From IMG/VR virus record IMGVR_UViG_3300026493_000002: a stretch of DNA of 64,000 nt; one strand, 5' to 3'. This DNA is from a virus (lineage: Duplodnaviria; Caudoviricetes). This document shows positions 55,130 through 63,783 of this stretch, in pieces. Numbering within the stretch: the stretch's first letter is position 1; each line of letters starts with the position of its first letter. The position numbers and the translations under genes were made by a program. The notes below the pieces were generated by a model. The model ran no database searches. It worked only from the letters and a program-made list of their open reading frames with translations, and was not told the DNA's origin.

Positions 55130-55347
55130 GCCGTATGACTGAGCGTATGGCGGCTCGCGCCAAGGAAATCACGGATCAGACGGTGGCGAGTCTCGGACTT
55201 GATCCTGCCGAAGTCCACGCAGCCGCAGCCTCGATTCCAGTCGGTGAGCAGCGTGTCTTCTCTCCGACCGAACTCAAGACCAGCCGTGAGCGCCACATGC
55301 AGGCTCTCGCCCCGTTCGTTCCCATGCACATGTTCGACGCACTCTAA
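55126..55347 (+). CDS. small hypothetical protein
   Basis: GTGA overlap. Confidence 0.6.
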   Translation: MSRMTERMAARAKEITDQTVASLGLDPAEVHAAAASIPVGEQRVFSPTELKTSRERHMQALAPFVPMHMFDAL

Positions 55348-55360
55348 GGACTAGACCACA

Positions 55361-55912
55361 ATGACTGACAAGACCTTCTCCGATATTGTCAACGCGCGCG
55401 GCACTCACCTCATCAAGATCGAGGGCAGCTGGTTCTGCATCGAAAACACGAACCTCAGCATGGCGTTGAAGTACGGGTTGCAATCGGCCGGCTCGTTGAT
55501 CGACGGCGAATACTTCATCGCCAAGCTCGGCCCGATGACCAACACCGAGGAGTTGGGCGAAGCGCTGGAAGCCTATCGCGCTGGGCGCATCCCCGAAATC
55601 AAGCGCCTCAGGGGACTGGCCATGACCGACGTGGTCTACGCCAACGCCAACATGCTGCACGTCGTCAGTTGCTCCATGCTGGAAGTCAGTTCGATTGAGG
55701 ACGTGTACGCGCTGCAGGAGAAGCAGTTCGGCAAGCCGACCGATCCCACCGTGATCGCTGCCCGTGACGCTGCCACGAAGGCGAGGAAGAACCTGGAAGA
55801 GGCGCTGGCCGAGAATCAGAATGCAATGACCGCACGCTCTGCTGCCGGTTACGCATCGGGTTTGAAGCTGAGGAACACCCCGACCGCGCCGCAAGAATCG
55901 CACGAACTCTGA
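55361..55912 (+). CDS. hypothetical protein
   Basis: AAGGA RBS. Confidence 0.7.
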   Translation: MTDKTFSDIVNARGTHLIKIEGSWFCIENTNLSMALKYGLQSAGSLIDGEYFIAKLGPMTNTEELGEALEAYRAGRIPEIKRLRGLAMTDVVYANANMLHVVSCSMLEVSSIEDVYALQEKQFGKPTDPTVIAARDAATKARKNLEEALAENQNAMTARSAAGYASGLKLRNTPTAPQESHEL

Positions 55913-55947
55913 TCCACCACAACTAAAACTACAACGAAGGAAGTCCC

Positions 55948-56367
55948 ATGTACCGTAACCTCATGATCGCTGCTCTCCTGATGGCAGCAACCAACGTCGC
56001 CAGCGCACGTCTCCTGAACGGCGATGACCTGGAGTACTGCGGAAACACCGCAGGTCTGGCCGAAGTCGCAATGAAGCATCGCCAGTATGTGGATGATCTG
56101 GCGCAGGCCAACAAGACCAATCAGGAGTCGAACGACGGCTCGCCCTCTGGGCAGATGGTGACCGAAGTGTTGACGGCGTTGCTTGCCGATGCCTACATGC
56201 GACCGATCGTGTTCGGTGAGCAGAAGAAGGCGGAGGCAGTCGCCAAGTTCCGTAGTGACGTGCAGCGCCAGTGTTTGGAAACACAGCAGCAGCAGCCGGA
56301 CTACGAGGCACAGCGAACGCCGCCGCGCCCGCCGCAACTCCCCGTGAACAAATCCAAGTCCAAGTAA
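55948..56367 (+). CDS. exported protein
   Basis: Sec signal MYRNLMIAALLMAATNVASA; two Cys. Confidence 0.7.
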   Translation: MYRNLMIAALLMAATNVASARLLNGDDLEYCGNTAGLAEVAMKHRQYVDDLAQANKTNQESNDGSPSGQMVTEVLTALLADAYMRPIVFGEQKKAEAVAKFRSDVQRQCLETQQQQPDYEAQRTPPRPPQLPVNKSKSK

Positions 56368-56380
56368 GGAGCAGCGCATC

Positions 56381-56998
56381 ATGAAGGTCACTATCGCAAA
56401 GGGCGAGTCCCTGATCGTCAACCTCGAAGGCACTGACGGCGAATTCATCATCACCTACGGCCAGTCGGTGCTGAGTGTCACCGCCGATCTGCCTGACACC
56501 GACGGCCGTGAGGGTGTCATCTACAGCGAACGCTTCGGCGCTGACGACGATGACGACGAGGATACGGTCGACAACGTGCGCCCTCCGAAGCGTCCCGTTC
56601 CAACCGACGAAGAAGTCGTGATCGGTCGCTTCCCGAAACTCCCGAGGGCGGCGCCCCGCAAGAGAGCGTCGGCCAACTCGTACTTGCCGAAGAACACCAA
56701 GGTCGCTCTTCCGAGCGGCTACTACTCCAAGATGGCCTTCGCTAGCCGTCGAATGTTCCTCGAAAATCTCGCGCTGGTTGAAGCTAGCCCGCTTACCCGT
56801 CAGATCCCCGCCGAGCTAGTTGACCACTGCAATAACTGCGATGACGAAGAGTCGGTCACTCTGGACACGAACGGTGATAGTTTCCGTACCGACAACGACG
56901 TTCAGTGGCCCAAGGCGCTGCGTCACCACGTCGAGAAGCACGGCTGGCGTCCGCCTCGCTGGTTCATCAACTACATTGCCAACAAGGCGGTGAACTGA
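56381..56998 (+). CDS. hypothetical protein with CxxC/HxxxH domain (paralog 1)
   Basis: FLENLALVE..CNNC..WP..LRHHVEKHGWRP. Confidence 0.65.
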   Translation: MKVTIAKGESLIVNLEGTDGEFIITYGQSVLSVTADLPDTDGREGVIYSERFGADDDDDEDTVDNVRPPKRPVPTDEEVVIGRFPKLPRAAPRKRASANSYLPKNTKVALPSGYYSKMAFASRRMFLENLALVEASPLTRQIPAELVDHCNNCDDEESVTLDTNGDSFRTDNDVQWPKALRHHVEKHGWRPPRWFINYIANKAVN

Positions 56999-57312
56999 TG
57001 GCCGGCAAGAGCAACCCGAAGCGCGAAGGCTTCTTCACCGAGAGAGTGAAGCCGACCGTTGATCCCGACTGGGATGGCCGTGACAAGTTCCTGCGCGCGT
57101 TGAACAACGTCGAGCGCGAACTCAAGCGTCACATGTGGCGAGGCATTGAGCGGTGCCAGTTGTGCCCCGTGTCCAAAAGCATCGCCGAGTATGCACTCGA
57201 TGATTGGGAATGGTCCGGCTTCTACAACCACTACATCGACGCGCATGACGTGCGGCCCTCGCCGGAGTTCATCGCCTTCATCGAAAAGGAATACGCAAAG
57301 TACCATGGCTAA
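56998..57312 (+). CDS. hypothetical protein with CxxC/HxxxH domain (paralog 2)
   Basis: FLRALNNVE..CQLC..W...NHYIDAHDVRP; TGATG coupling. Confidence 0.65.
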   Translation: MAGKSNPKREGFFTERVKPTVDPDWDGRDKFLRALNNVERELKRHMWRGIERCQLCPVSKSIAEYALDDWEWSGFYNHYIDAHDVRPSPEFIAFIEKEYAKYHG

Positions 57313-57808
57313 GACCCGTGACACTCGACACCTCCGGGCCGGCACTCGGCCCGCACACCTGACTCCGAAGCAGGAGGTCGTGGAGGACAAGCTGATTATG
57401 ATTCTCCAGCTGCAGGAGCAGTTCGAGGCGATCAACATTCCTCTGAAAGCACGACGCGCATCCATGATGCTGGTGTACGATGACCACTATCCCAAGGTGT
57501 TCATCAAGACTGCGAACAGCGAACCCGAAGTAATCGCAATCATGGACACGCGTAACAAGCGGGTCAGCATGGTGAAGCCCGCGAACGAGGACAACCGCAT
57601 CTGTGCCGACCACATCATCGAACGGCTCAAGAAGTTGGACTGCTCCTTGCTCATGTCCTACGACGTAGACCCGAAGACCCAGCGCAAGCGCGTCAAGCTC
57701 CAGCTGGGTAGTCAGTTCGCACGCACCGTACGCCACACGTTGTGGTGGTGCTGGAAGGGCGAGACGAGTCCGTGGCTTGAAGGCTTCACCGTACCCGAAC
57801 ACCTCTGA
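57305..57808 (+). CDS. hypothetical protein
   Basis: ATG 57305 after AAGGA. Confidence 0.65.
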   Translation: MAKTRDTRHLRAGTRPAHLTPKQEVVEDKLIMILQLQEQFEAINIPLKARRASMMLVYDDHYPKVFIKTANSEPEVIAIMDTRNKRVSMVKPANEDNRICADHIIERLKKLDCSLLMSYDVDPKTQRKRVKLQLGSQFARTVRHTLWWCWKGETSPWLEGFTVPEHL

Positions 57809-57862
57809 TCCGCATTCCGTATTCGACACACGACACCTATCAAACTACAAGGTATATCTCAG

Positions 57863-58897
57863 ATGACTTCTCAGCTTCCGTTCAAGGCTGTCACGCGCGA
57901 CAACAACCCGTTCTACATCGAGCGTCAGGTCGTCAACTCGCTTCCGTCGGGTATGACCGTTTCGGACCTGGCGCCCTTCACGTTCATCGCGTGCCAGGCC
58001 ATGTCGATGCGCGAGCCGTTCGATGCCATGGTGATTAGCGCAGACCCGCGCTCCCGCATCGTGAGCGTTCTCGACCGCATGGGCCGTCAGCGCAAGCTGC
58101 GTTTCGATCAGGTTCTGGCCGTCACCAAGACCAGCGAGAAGTTCGAGGACGGCTATGCCGAAATCTTCCCGCTTGAAACCGAGTACGTGCGTAGCTGCTC
58201 GCCGAACACCCTGCTGGACCAGTTGAATGATCGCCAATACCCACGCGTCCTCGTGTTCAGCAACGACGCATGGCTGCTGATCCCCGTCAGCCCCAACGGT
58301 TCTTCCAGTGTCGTTCCGACGGAAGCTGCCAACATCGTCGTCCAGAACGAACTGATGTTCGAGGCGCCGGTGACCGTGCAGGGCCGCGACTACGAACACG
58401 GGTACGTCTCGCTGGGGAACAGCAGTGCTGGTGAGGCCCTCAACTGGAGCGCACGCGCGCTGGCCCAGTTCCTGGAGACGCGACCGGAGTCGATGCTGGA
58501 CCTCTCCTACGAGTACAGCGAAGCCACTGTGTACCTCGACCTGATGGAGCAGTTCAGCATCGAGGTCAACTGGCCGGTCGATCTGGAAACCGCCGAAGCC
58601 GTGGCCCGCTACACCAACTTCGTTCGCACCGATATCAAGAAGGAGAACATGGCTCCGCGTCAGGTCATCGTGCCGCACGGCCATCCGATTCTGGAATACG
58701 CCGTGACGTTCGAGAAGCGCAGCGTTCCGAAGCCTGGGAAGAAGGGACCGGCCGTTCGCAAGTCTATCGCCAAGAAGGTTGCTCGCAAGGGCGTGCCGCG
58801 TGACGTGCAGCGCGAAGTCGGCGCCAGCTTCTCCAAGCCCAAGCCCGCAGTGAAGCGTACCGTGAAGAAGGCTGCCAAGAAGGCGGTCAAGTCGTGA
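57863..58897 (+). CDS. hypothetical protein with histone-like K/A-rich tail
   Basis: 344 aa, strong codon bias, ends KRTVKKAAKKAVKS. Confidence 0.75.
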   Translation: MTSQLPFKAVTRDNNPFYIERQVVNSLPSGMTVSDLAPFTFIACQAMSMREPFDAMVISADPRSRIVSVLDRMGRQRKLRFDQVLAVTKTSEKFEDGYAEIFPLETEYVRSCSPNTLLDQLNDRQYPRVLVFSNDAWLLIPVSPNGSSSVVPTEAANIVVQNELMFEAPVTVQGRDYEHGYVSLGNSSAGEALNWSARALAQFLETRPESMLDLSYEYSEATVYLDLMEQFSIEVNWPVDLETAEAVARYTNFVRTDIKKENMAPRQVIVPHGHPILEYAVTFEKRSVPKPGKKGPAVRKSIAKKVARKGVPRDVQREVGASFSKPKPAVKRTVKKAAKKAVKS

Positions 58898-59286
58898 TCC
58901 GGGTCGGCAGCCATGTGATCGACAAGGCTGGACGTGTGGTCGTGTGCCGTGAAGCGACCGCCAGCCTCGACGACCATAGGACGGTGATGGCCCGCACGTC
59001 GAACAACCTGATCGGCACTGATCCCGTCATGGACTTCCGCTTTATCAACGGCCAACGTGTGCAATCGCTCACGTTGAGTGCCGAAGCGGCCAAGACGTTG
59101 ATGCTCCTGTTGATGGGCGCGTTCAACACCGTTGTCGATGGGGACGATGTTCACACCAACCTCGAGGCGTTCTCCATCGAGGGCATGCCCTTCCCGTTCA
59201 CCTACGAACAGTACCAAGACTACATGGCGAAGAGACATGCCGAAGAAGAACAAGCAGAAGAACATCCGTCGCAGGAAGATCGCTGA
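58894..59286 (+). CDS. hypothetical protein
   Basis: GTGA overlap. Confidence 0.6.
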   Translation: MIRVGSHVIDKAGRVVVCREATASLDDHRTVMARTSNNLIGTDPVMDFRFINGQRVQSLTLSAEAAKTLMLLLMGAFNTVVDGDDVHTNLEAFSIEGMPFPFTYEQYQDYMAKRHAEEEQAEEHPSQEDR

Positions 59287-59920
59287 GGCAGCACGGTCGA
59301 CGCCCGCCATGTTCCACAATCCGGAAATGATCCACGTCATCGAGGATTCCATGCGCAAGAGCTTCCTCGACCCGATGCCGAAATGCAGCCCGAACCTGAT
59401 CCTGCTAGGGGATAAGGACCCGTCTATCCATCTTGACGTGCTGCACTCCAGCCGTCTGGACGTTCTCGGTGACCTGCACGTTGGCTTGATGACCGAAAGC
59501 CCGAAGTGCAGCCCGTTCGCCGACAAATCAATTCGAGAGCTAATCCAAAACATGTTCAATCCTCAGAGCAAGATCAACCCGAAGGTCTACGTCACCGACA
59601 AGGACTGCGATATCCTCAAGGTCGATGGTTACGTCCACGTCATCAGCGGTGATCCCACCATGGACTTTGGCATGATCCTGGAGTCGGTGACTGGCGACAA
59701 CTACGACGACACGGGCAACCGCGACAAGCTCCTCAAGTACGGCATCACGTTCGCGCACGGCCGCCGCCTGATCGACCTCGAAGACGCCAACGTTCTCGGC
59801 ATCTTCGCGCAGTACCTGATCGACAACGGCGTCAGCTACGTCCACTTCGAGTGGGATGCGCGCGACATTGACCTAGGCCGTGTCGCACTGATGGCCGGCG
59901 AGTACCAGGAGCGCATGTGA
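59237..59920 (+). CDS. hypothetical protein
   Basis: ATG 59237; start uncertain. Confidence 0.6.
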   Translation: MPKKNKQKNIRRRKIAEAARSTPAMFHNPEMIHVIEDSMRKSFLDPMPKCSPNLILLGDKDPSIHLDVLHSSRLDVLGDLHVGLMTESPKCSPFADKSIRELIQNMFNPQSKINPKVYVTDKDCDILKVDGYVHVISGDPTMDFGMILESVTGDNYDDTGNRDKLLKYGITFAHGRRLIDLEDANVLGIFAQYLIDNGVSYVHFEWDARDIDLGRVALMAGEYQERM

Positions 59921-60306
59921 ACATCGTGCTGGTAGTAGGCGCACGGAACTTCGATGACTGCGCTCGCGTGCATCGGGTTCTCGACAAGGCCCACGCCAAG
60001 AAGCCGATCACTCACGTCGTCCACGAGGGCTACAGCGCAGGTGCATTCGCATCTGCCTGGTCGCGGGTTAACGACGGCGTGATCGAAGTGGCGATGCCCG
60101 CACTGTTGCATCGCCGCATCAAGCGCAAGATGGAACACAAGGCGAAAGCCATCTTCGACCTACTAAAGGTCAGGACCGTGCTGACGTTCAATGTGGATCC
60201 CGAGTGCTACTTCCTCCTCAAGGAGGCCGAGGCCCGCGGCGTGACCATTCGTCCGTTCAAGCCCAAGGACGAACCCGTAAAGGAACGCAAATCGAGGAAG
60301 CGATGA
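59917..60306 (+). CDS. divergent SLOG/DUF2493-like protein
   Basis: VLVVGARNFDD...VLDKAHAKKPITHVVHEG..GA..FASAW parallels 40539-40895. Confidence 0.55.
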   Translation: MNIVLVVGARNFDDCARVHRVLDKAHAKKPITHVVHEGYSAGAFASAWSRVNDGVIEVAMPALLHRRIKRKMEHKAKAIFDLLKVRTVLTFNVDPECYFLLKEAEARGVTIRPFKPKDEPVKERKSRKR

Positions 60307-61577
60307 ACTTCAACATCTACAACGAGAAGCGCATCGACGATTGGATAGATGCGATGATCGGCGGACAGTTGGTGACGTGCTATGTGGATACGTGGTTCTA
60401 TACCATCTTCCGACGTTGGGCACGAAAGCAACCCAGCATGTTGCGACTCGCACTGCCGAACAAGCTGCTCGACTCTCCGCTGCTGCACGACCTGTACAGG
60501 AAGCGTCTGGACGGCGGGTTGGTGCCTGATGAAAGTTCGGTTCTCTCCGAGTCTCGATTCGACCTCATTCCTACTCCTACTGAGGACTGGGCAATGAAGG
60601 CGATGTTGAACGGCGAACTGTACACGTTCCGTCCGTCGATTCAGGTCACACGCCTGATTCCACACTGGCTCGACTTCATGCGTACACTGCCCGATCGTCC
60701 AATACGACACACGGTAGAGAGCCTGATGAAGGCTGTGGACCGCTGGGATGAACAAGCTCTGCGTCGCAAAACGGTCATCGACTCCACGACAGGCGTCACC
60801 GAAGTGTGGTCGTCCGGTGAGCATTACGTGGTGAGGCTTGACGCGCAGGATTCGGTGAGGGCAGAAGGCGCACTGATGGGCCATTGTGTTTGGTCGCAGC
60901 GTTACGACCTGCGCCGAGGTTCAACCCTGTTCTCTCTGCGTCGTCGCAATGTTGATCGACCTCTCGCCACGATGGAAGTGACCGAGCCCGTGTCAAAGTT
61001 GCGACTGGCCGATCTTGCGGGTCTGATCGGTGAGCCGTTCCAAAGTAGGCTCACTGCCATGAGTGGCTCCCACAGCAGCATTGCGCAGCTACTGGTAGAT
61101 AGAGCTATGGAGCAGTGGGAGACGAACGCTGGGGGCCAGGTCGTCGGCAATTTCACTGTGCCTCTGCCGAAAGAACACATGCCGCTGGGTAAGCCGATCC
61201 TCGCTCAGATTTGCACGGTACGGAATCGCGCGCTTAGTGAGGAGATAGTCCGCTCGGTGCACGCATGGTTCAGCGAGAAGTACCCAACGTGCAGTCTCAG
61301 CCCGCAAGCTATCGTTGAGGTCGTCGCTGCTGCCGCTGAGTTAGTACCTGACGGAGTCAACCCAAACAATCGCCCAGGCCCGTTGCGAGACCTCCTCGGT
61401 ATAGCACTGCCTGACGTCTGGGAGCCGGTGCGTGAGATTGGTGAAGATGACGTCCAGCGTCGAATGATGCACGCACTCGGTATCCCTCAGGATATGCTCA
61501 CCGGTCGTCCAGACTGCGCAGGCTACACCGTAGAGTTCAACGCCGATCGTTTCCCACAACAACCAAACAACAACTAA
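60303..61577 (+). CDS. PcfJ-like domain protein (paralog of 47219)
   Basis: SVRAEGALMGHCVWSQRYDLR..LFSLR...PLATMEV. Confidence 0.7.
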   Translation: MNFNIYNEKRIDDWIDAMIGGQLVTCYVDTWFYTIFRRWARKQPSMLRLALPNKLLDSPLLHDLYRKRLDGGLVPDESSVLSESRFDLIPTPTEDWAMKAMLNGELYTFRPSIQVTRLIPHWLDFMRTLPDRPIRHTVESLMKAVDRWDEQALRRKTVIDSTTGVTEVWSSGEHYVVRLDAQDSVRAEGALMGHCVWSQRYDLRRGSTLFSLRRRNVDRPLATMEVTEPVSKLRLADLAGLIGEPFQSRLTAMSGSHSSIAQLLVDRAMEQWETNAGGQVVGNFTVPLPKEHMPLGKPILAQICTVRNRALSEEIVRSVHAWFSEKYPTCSLSPQAIVEVVAAAAELVPDGVNPNNRPGPLRDLLGIALPDVWEPVREIGEDDVQRRMMHALGIPQDMLTGRPDCAGYTVEFNADRFPQQPNNN

Positions 61578-61589
61578 GTGGAGTTTCCC

Positions 61590-62174
61590 ATGAATCACAA
61601 CATGACCCTGCTGTCCGGCGCAATGCCCGTTACCGTCGAACTGGAATCGCTGCACAAGCTCAACCTTGTGCTGCTCCTGAAATTGATCGACCATATCGGC
61701 GAGGCTGCACGGCGCCACCAGCTGGAACTGGGCCTCAACTCGCGCGTGACCATCGAGCAGAAGACCGAGACCTTCGAGGTCAAGATCAAGCCGCTGGACC
61801 ACATGCCGCAGACCTACGTGTTCGAGTTCGGATACGACCGCGACAAGCTGTCGGTCACGTATGTTCCTCCGCAGAAGAAGGTCGCTCCGTACCTGATCTT
61901 CGCTCTCTTCGGCAAGGCGTGGTATGCGTCCACGCTCGGCGAGGGTTCGGCACTCGGCCACAAGCTGCGCGAGTATTCCGACCTCATGATCCGTATGCAA
62001 TTCGACGGCAGCTACTGCATCATCAAGGACAAGGGACAGCCTGATTTCCGTGTCACCGATGTGGTCAGCGCGTATATCGCCGGCGATCTTCCCGAAATGC
62101 CCGAGTTCGATTCGCGCATTACTTCCAGTGATTTGCTTGAGCGTCTTCGCAATCACTCCGCAGTGACCGCCTAA
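61590..62174 (+). CDS. hypothetical protein
   Basis: GGAG RBS, ATG 61590. Confidence 0.65.
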   Translation: MNHNMTLLSGAMPVTVELESLHKLNLVLLLKLIDHIGEAARRHQLELGLNSRVTIEQKTETFEVKIKPLDHMPQTYVFEFGYDRDKLSVTYVPPQKKVAPYLIFALFGKAWYASTLGEGSALGHKLREYSDLMIRMQFDGSYCIIKDKGQPDFRVTDVVSAYIAGDLPEMPEFDSRITSSDLLERLRNHSAVTA

Positions 62175-62178
62175 CAAG

Positions 62179-62186
62179 TCTGTAAA
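62179..62186 (+). promoter_or_regulatory. TCTGTAAA candidate phage promoter
   Basis: Intergenic, 35 nt before GTG 62221. Confidence 0.6.
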
Positions 62187-62220
62187 GATTCGTTAGACAC
62201 CTCAGTGAAGTGAGCAACCT

Positions 62221-63030
62221 GTGACCAAGCCTTTTAATGCCGGCGACGTGGTTAATCTCAATGGCGCTTCTGTCAAAATCACCGATGTGACCTGTGATGG
62301 AGACGAAGCGACGCTGCATATGGACATTGAGGCAGCACGTCCCGTCTCCGCAATCACCGTTTATACCGTAGTCAATCGCAAGGGATCCACTATGAACCAG
62401 TCTGTGAATGAAGATCAGGATATCGCGGATATCATGCGCGCGTCCGATGCCCAAGCCGCTGTCGAGGCGGGCGCTACCGAACCATCCGGCGTGCTGTACG
62501 CGGCACGCAATCTGCTGACGGGCTACGAATACCCGTCCGAGCAGATCGACGAATTCGGTGGCATTCCGCTGGATACCAGCTACGACTACGTGGCCGATCA
62601 GTTCCTGTACGGCCTCGTCAACTACGGCAAGAACCATCGCGTCTACCTGATGTGCCGTTACGGCCTGAACAACGAACACCAGACCGGCGTCGCTGACGAC
62701 GACTACGTTCCGACCGAAGAAGAGTACAAGAAGTTCATCGACAACAAGATCATGACCCGCAACAACAGGCTGGACGGCGACGACTGGCTGGTCATGTACG
62801 AAACGGCCAACAGCTTCTTCTCCATGTGGTTCGATCAGGACTCCAGCGACTGCTCGGTCGATCGTTGGAGCAAGGATCTGTGCGCCCAGCTCGGCATCAA
62901 CACCATCGACGAGTTCGAGGCCGCTCGCGTTCAGTGGCACAACGCGATGGCCGACTCGTTGCGGAAGCGCGACAACTGGCCCAAGATCCTGTTGAAGATG
63001 GAAGTGCGCAACCCGTGGTTCGGCCCGTAA
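62221..63030 (+). CDS. hypothetical acidic protein
   Basis: Start uncertain (62221 or 62392). Confidence 0.65.
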   Translation: MTKPFNAGDVVNLNGASVKITDVTCDGDEATLHMDIEAARPVSAITVYTVVNRKGSTMNQSVNEDQDIADIMRASDAQAAVEAGATEPSGVLYAARNLLTGYEYPSEQIDEFGGIPLDTSYDYVADQFLYGLVNYGKNHRVYLMCRYGLNNEHQTGVADDDYVPTEEEYKKFIDNKIMTRNNRLDGDDWLVMYETANSFFSMWFDQDSSDCSVDRWSKDLCAQLGINTIDEFEAARVQWHNAMADSLRKRDNWPKILLKMEVRNPWFGP

Positions 63031-63085
63031 GACCGTAGCACCGAAACACCACCAAGTATATCTCGTACACCAAAAGGAAATACCG

Positions 63086-63754
63086 ATGACTGTCGAAACC
63101 GTTGAACACGCCGTCCAAATGAATCACCGTCGCATGGTTCTGGATCCCAAGCCGAAGCTGTCGCGTGAGGACAAGATCCTCAGCATGAGCCAGTTGTTCA
63201 ATAGCTCCGGCCGGCACCCCGGCCACGCCCTCTTCCTGCCGCAGAGTACGCCGCGCACCATGAAGGTCGATAGCTACAACGACTACGACGTGGTGCTGAT
63301 CGCCCAGGAGATTGTGTCGGAACATCGCTGGATGTATATCAACGAAGACCGCAGTTTGACGCCGGTGAGCAGACGGCACGTGCCGGTATTCCTGTTGAAG
63401 TGCTTGCTCCTTCGCTACACGTCGCCGTGGGGTGAACCCATCATCGAGAGCGAGCGCGTCTACGCACCGGAGTTCAAGCCTCGTGCAGGCACGACAAACT
63501 CGCGCAAGACGTCCTATCGAAAACGAGTGCAGAAGAAGTGGAACAAGCGTTTTGGTGGTGAACGCCTTGTCCACTCCGCGCAAGAAGTCTACGTTCTCAT
63601 GGGCTCTATCTACGTGCAGTCGATCGGCCAGATCTTGGATAGCAAGCTGGCCGCAGCCGTCGACAGGCCCGAAGGTGGAAGGTTCCCGCCTCCGTACAAC
63701 GCGCCGAGATTTGAGCCGGTAGACTTCAAGCGGCTCCTGTCTCCAATCAAGTAA
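63086..63754 (+). CDS. hypothetical protein
   Basis: AAGGA RBS, 222 aa. Confidence 0.65.
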   Translation: MTVETVEHAVQMNHRRMVLDPKPKLSREDKILSMSQLFNSSGRHPGHALFLPQSTPRTMKVDSYNDYDVVLIAQEIVSEHRWMYINEDRSLTPVSRRHVPVFLLKCLLLRYTSPWGEPIIESERVYAPEFKPRAGTTNSRKTSYRKRVQKKWNKRFGGERLVHSAQEVYVLMGSIYVQSIGQILDSKLAAAVDRPEGGRFPPPYNAPRFEPVDFKRLLSPIK

Positions 63755-63783
63755 CTTCCAGTCAACAACAAACGACAACGACA

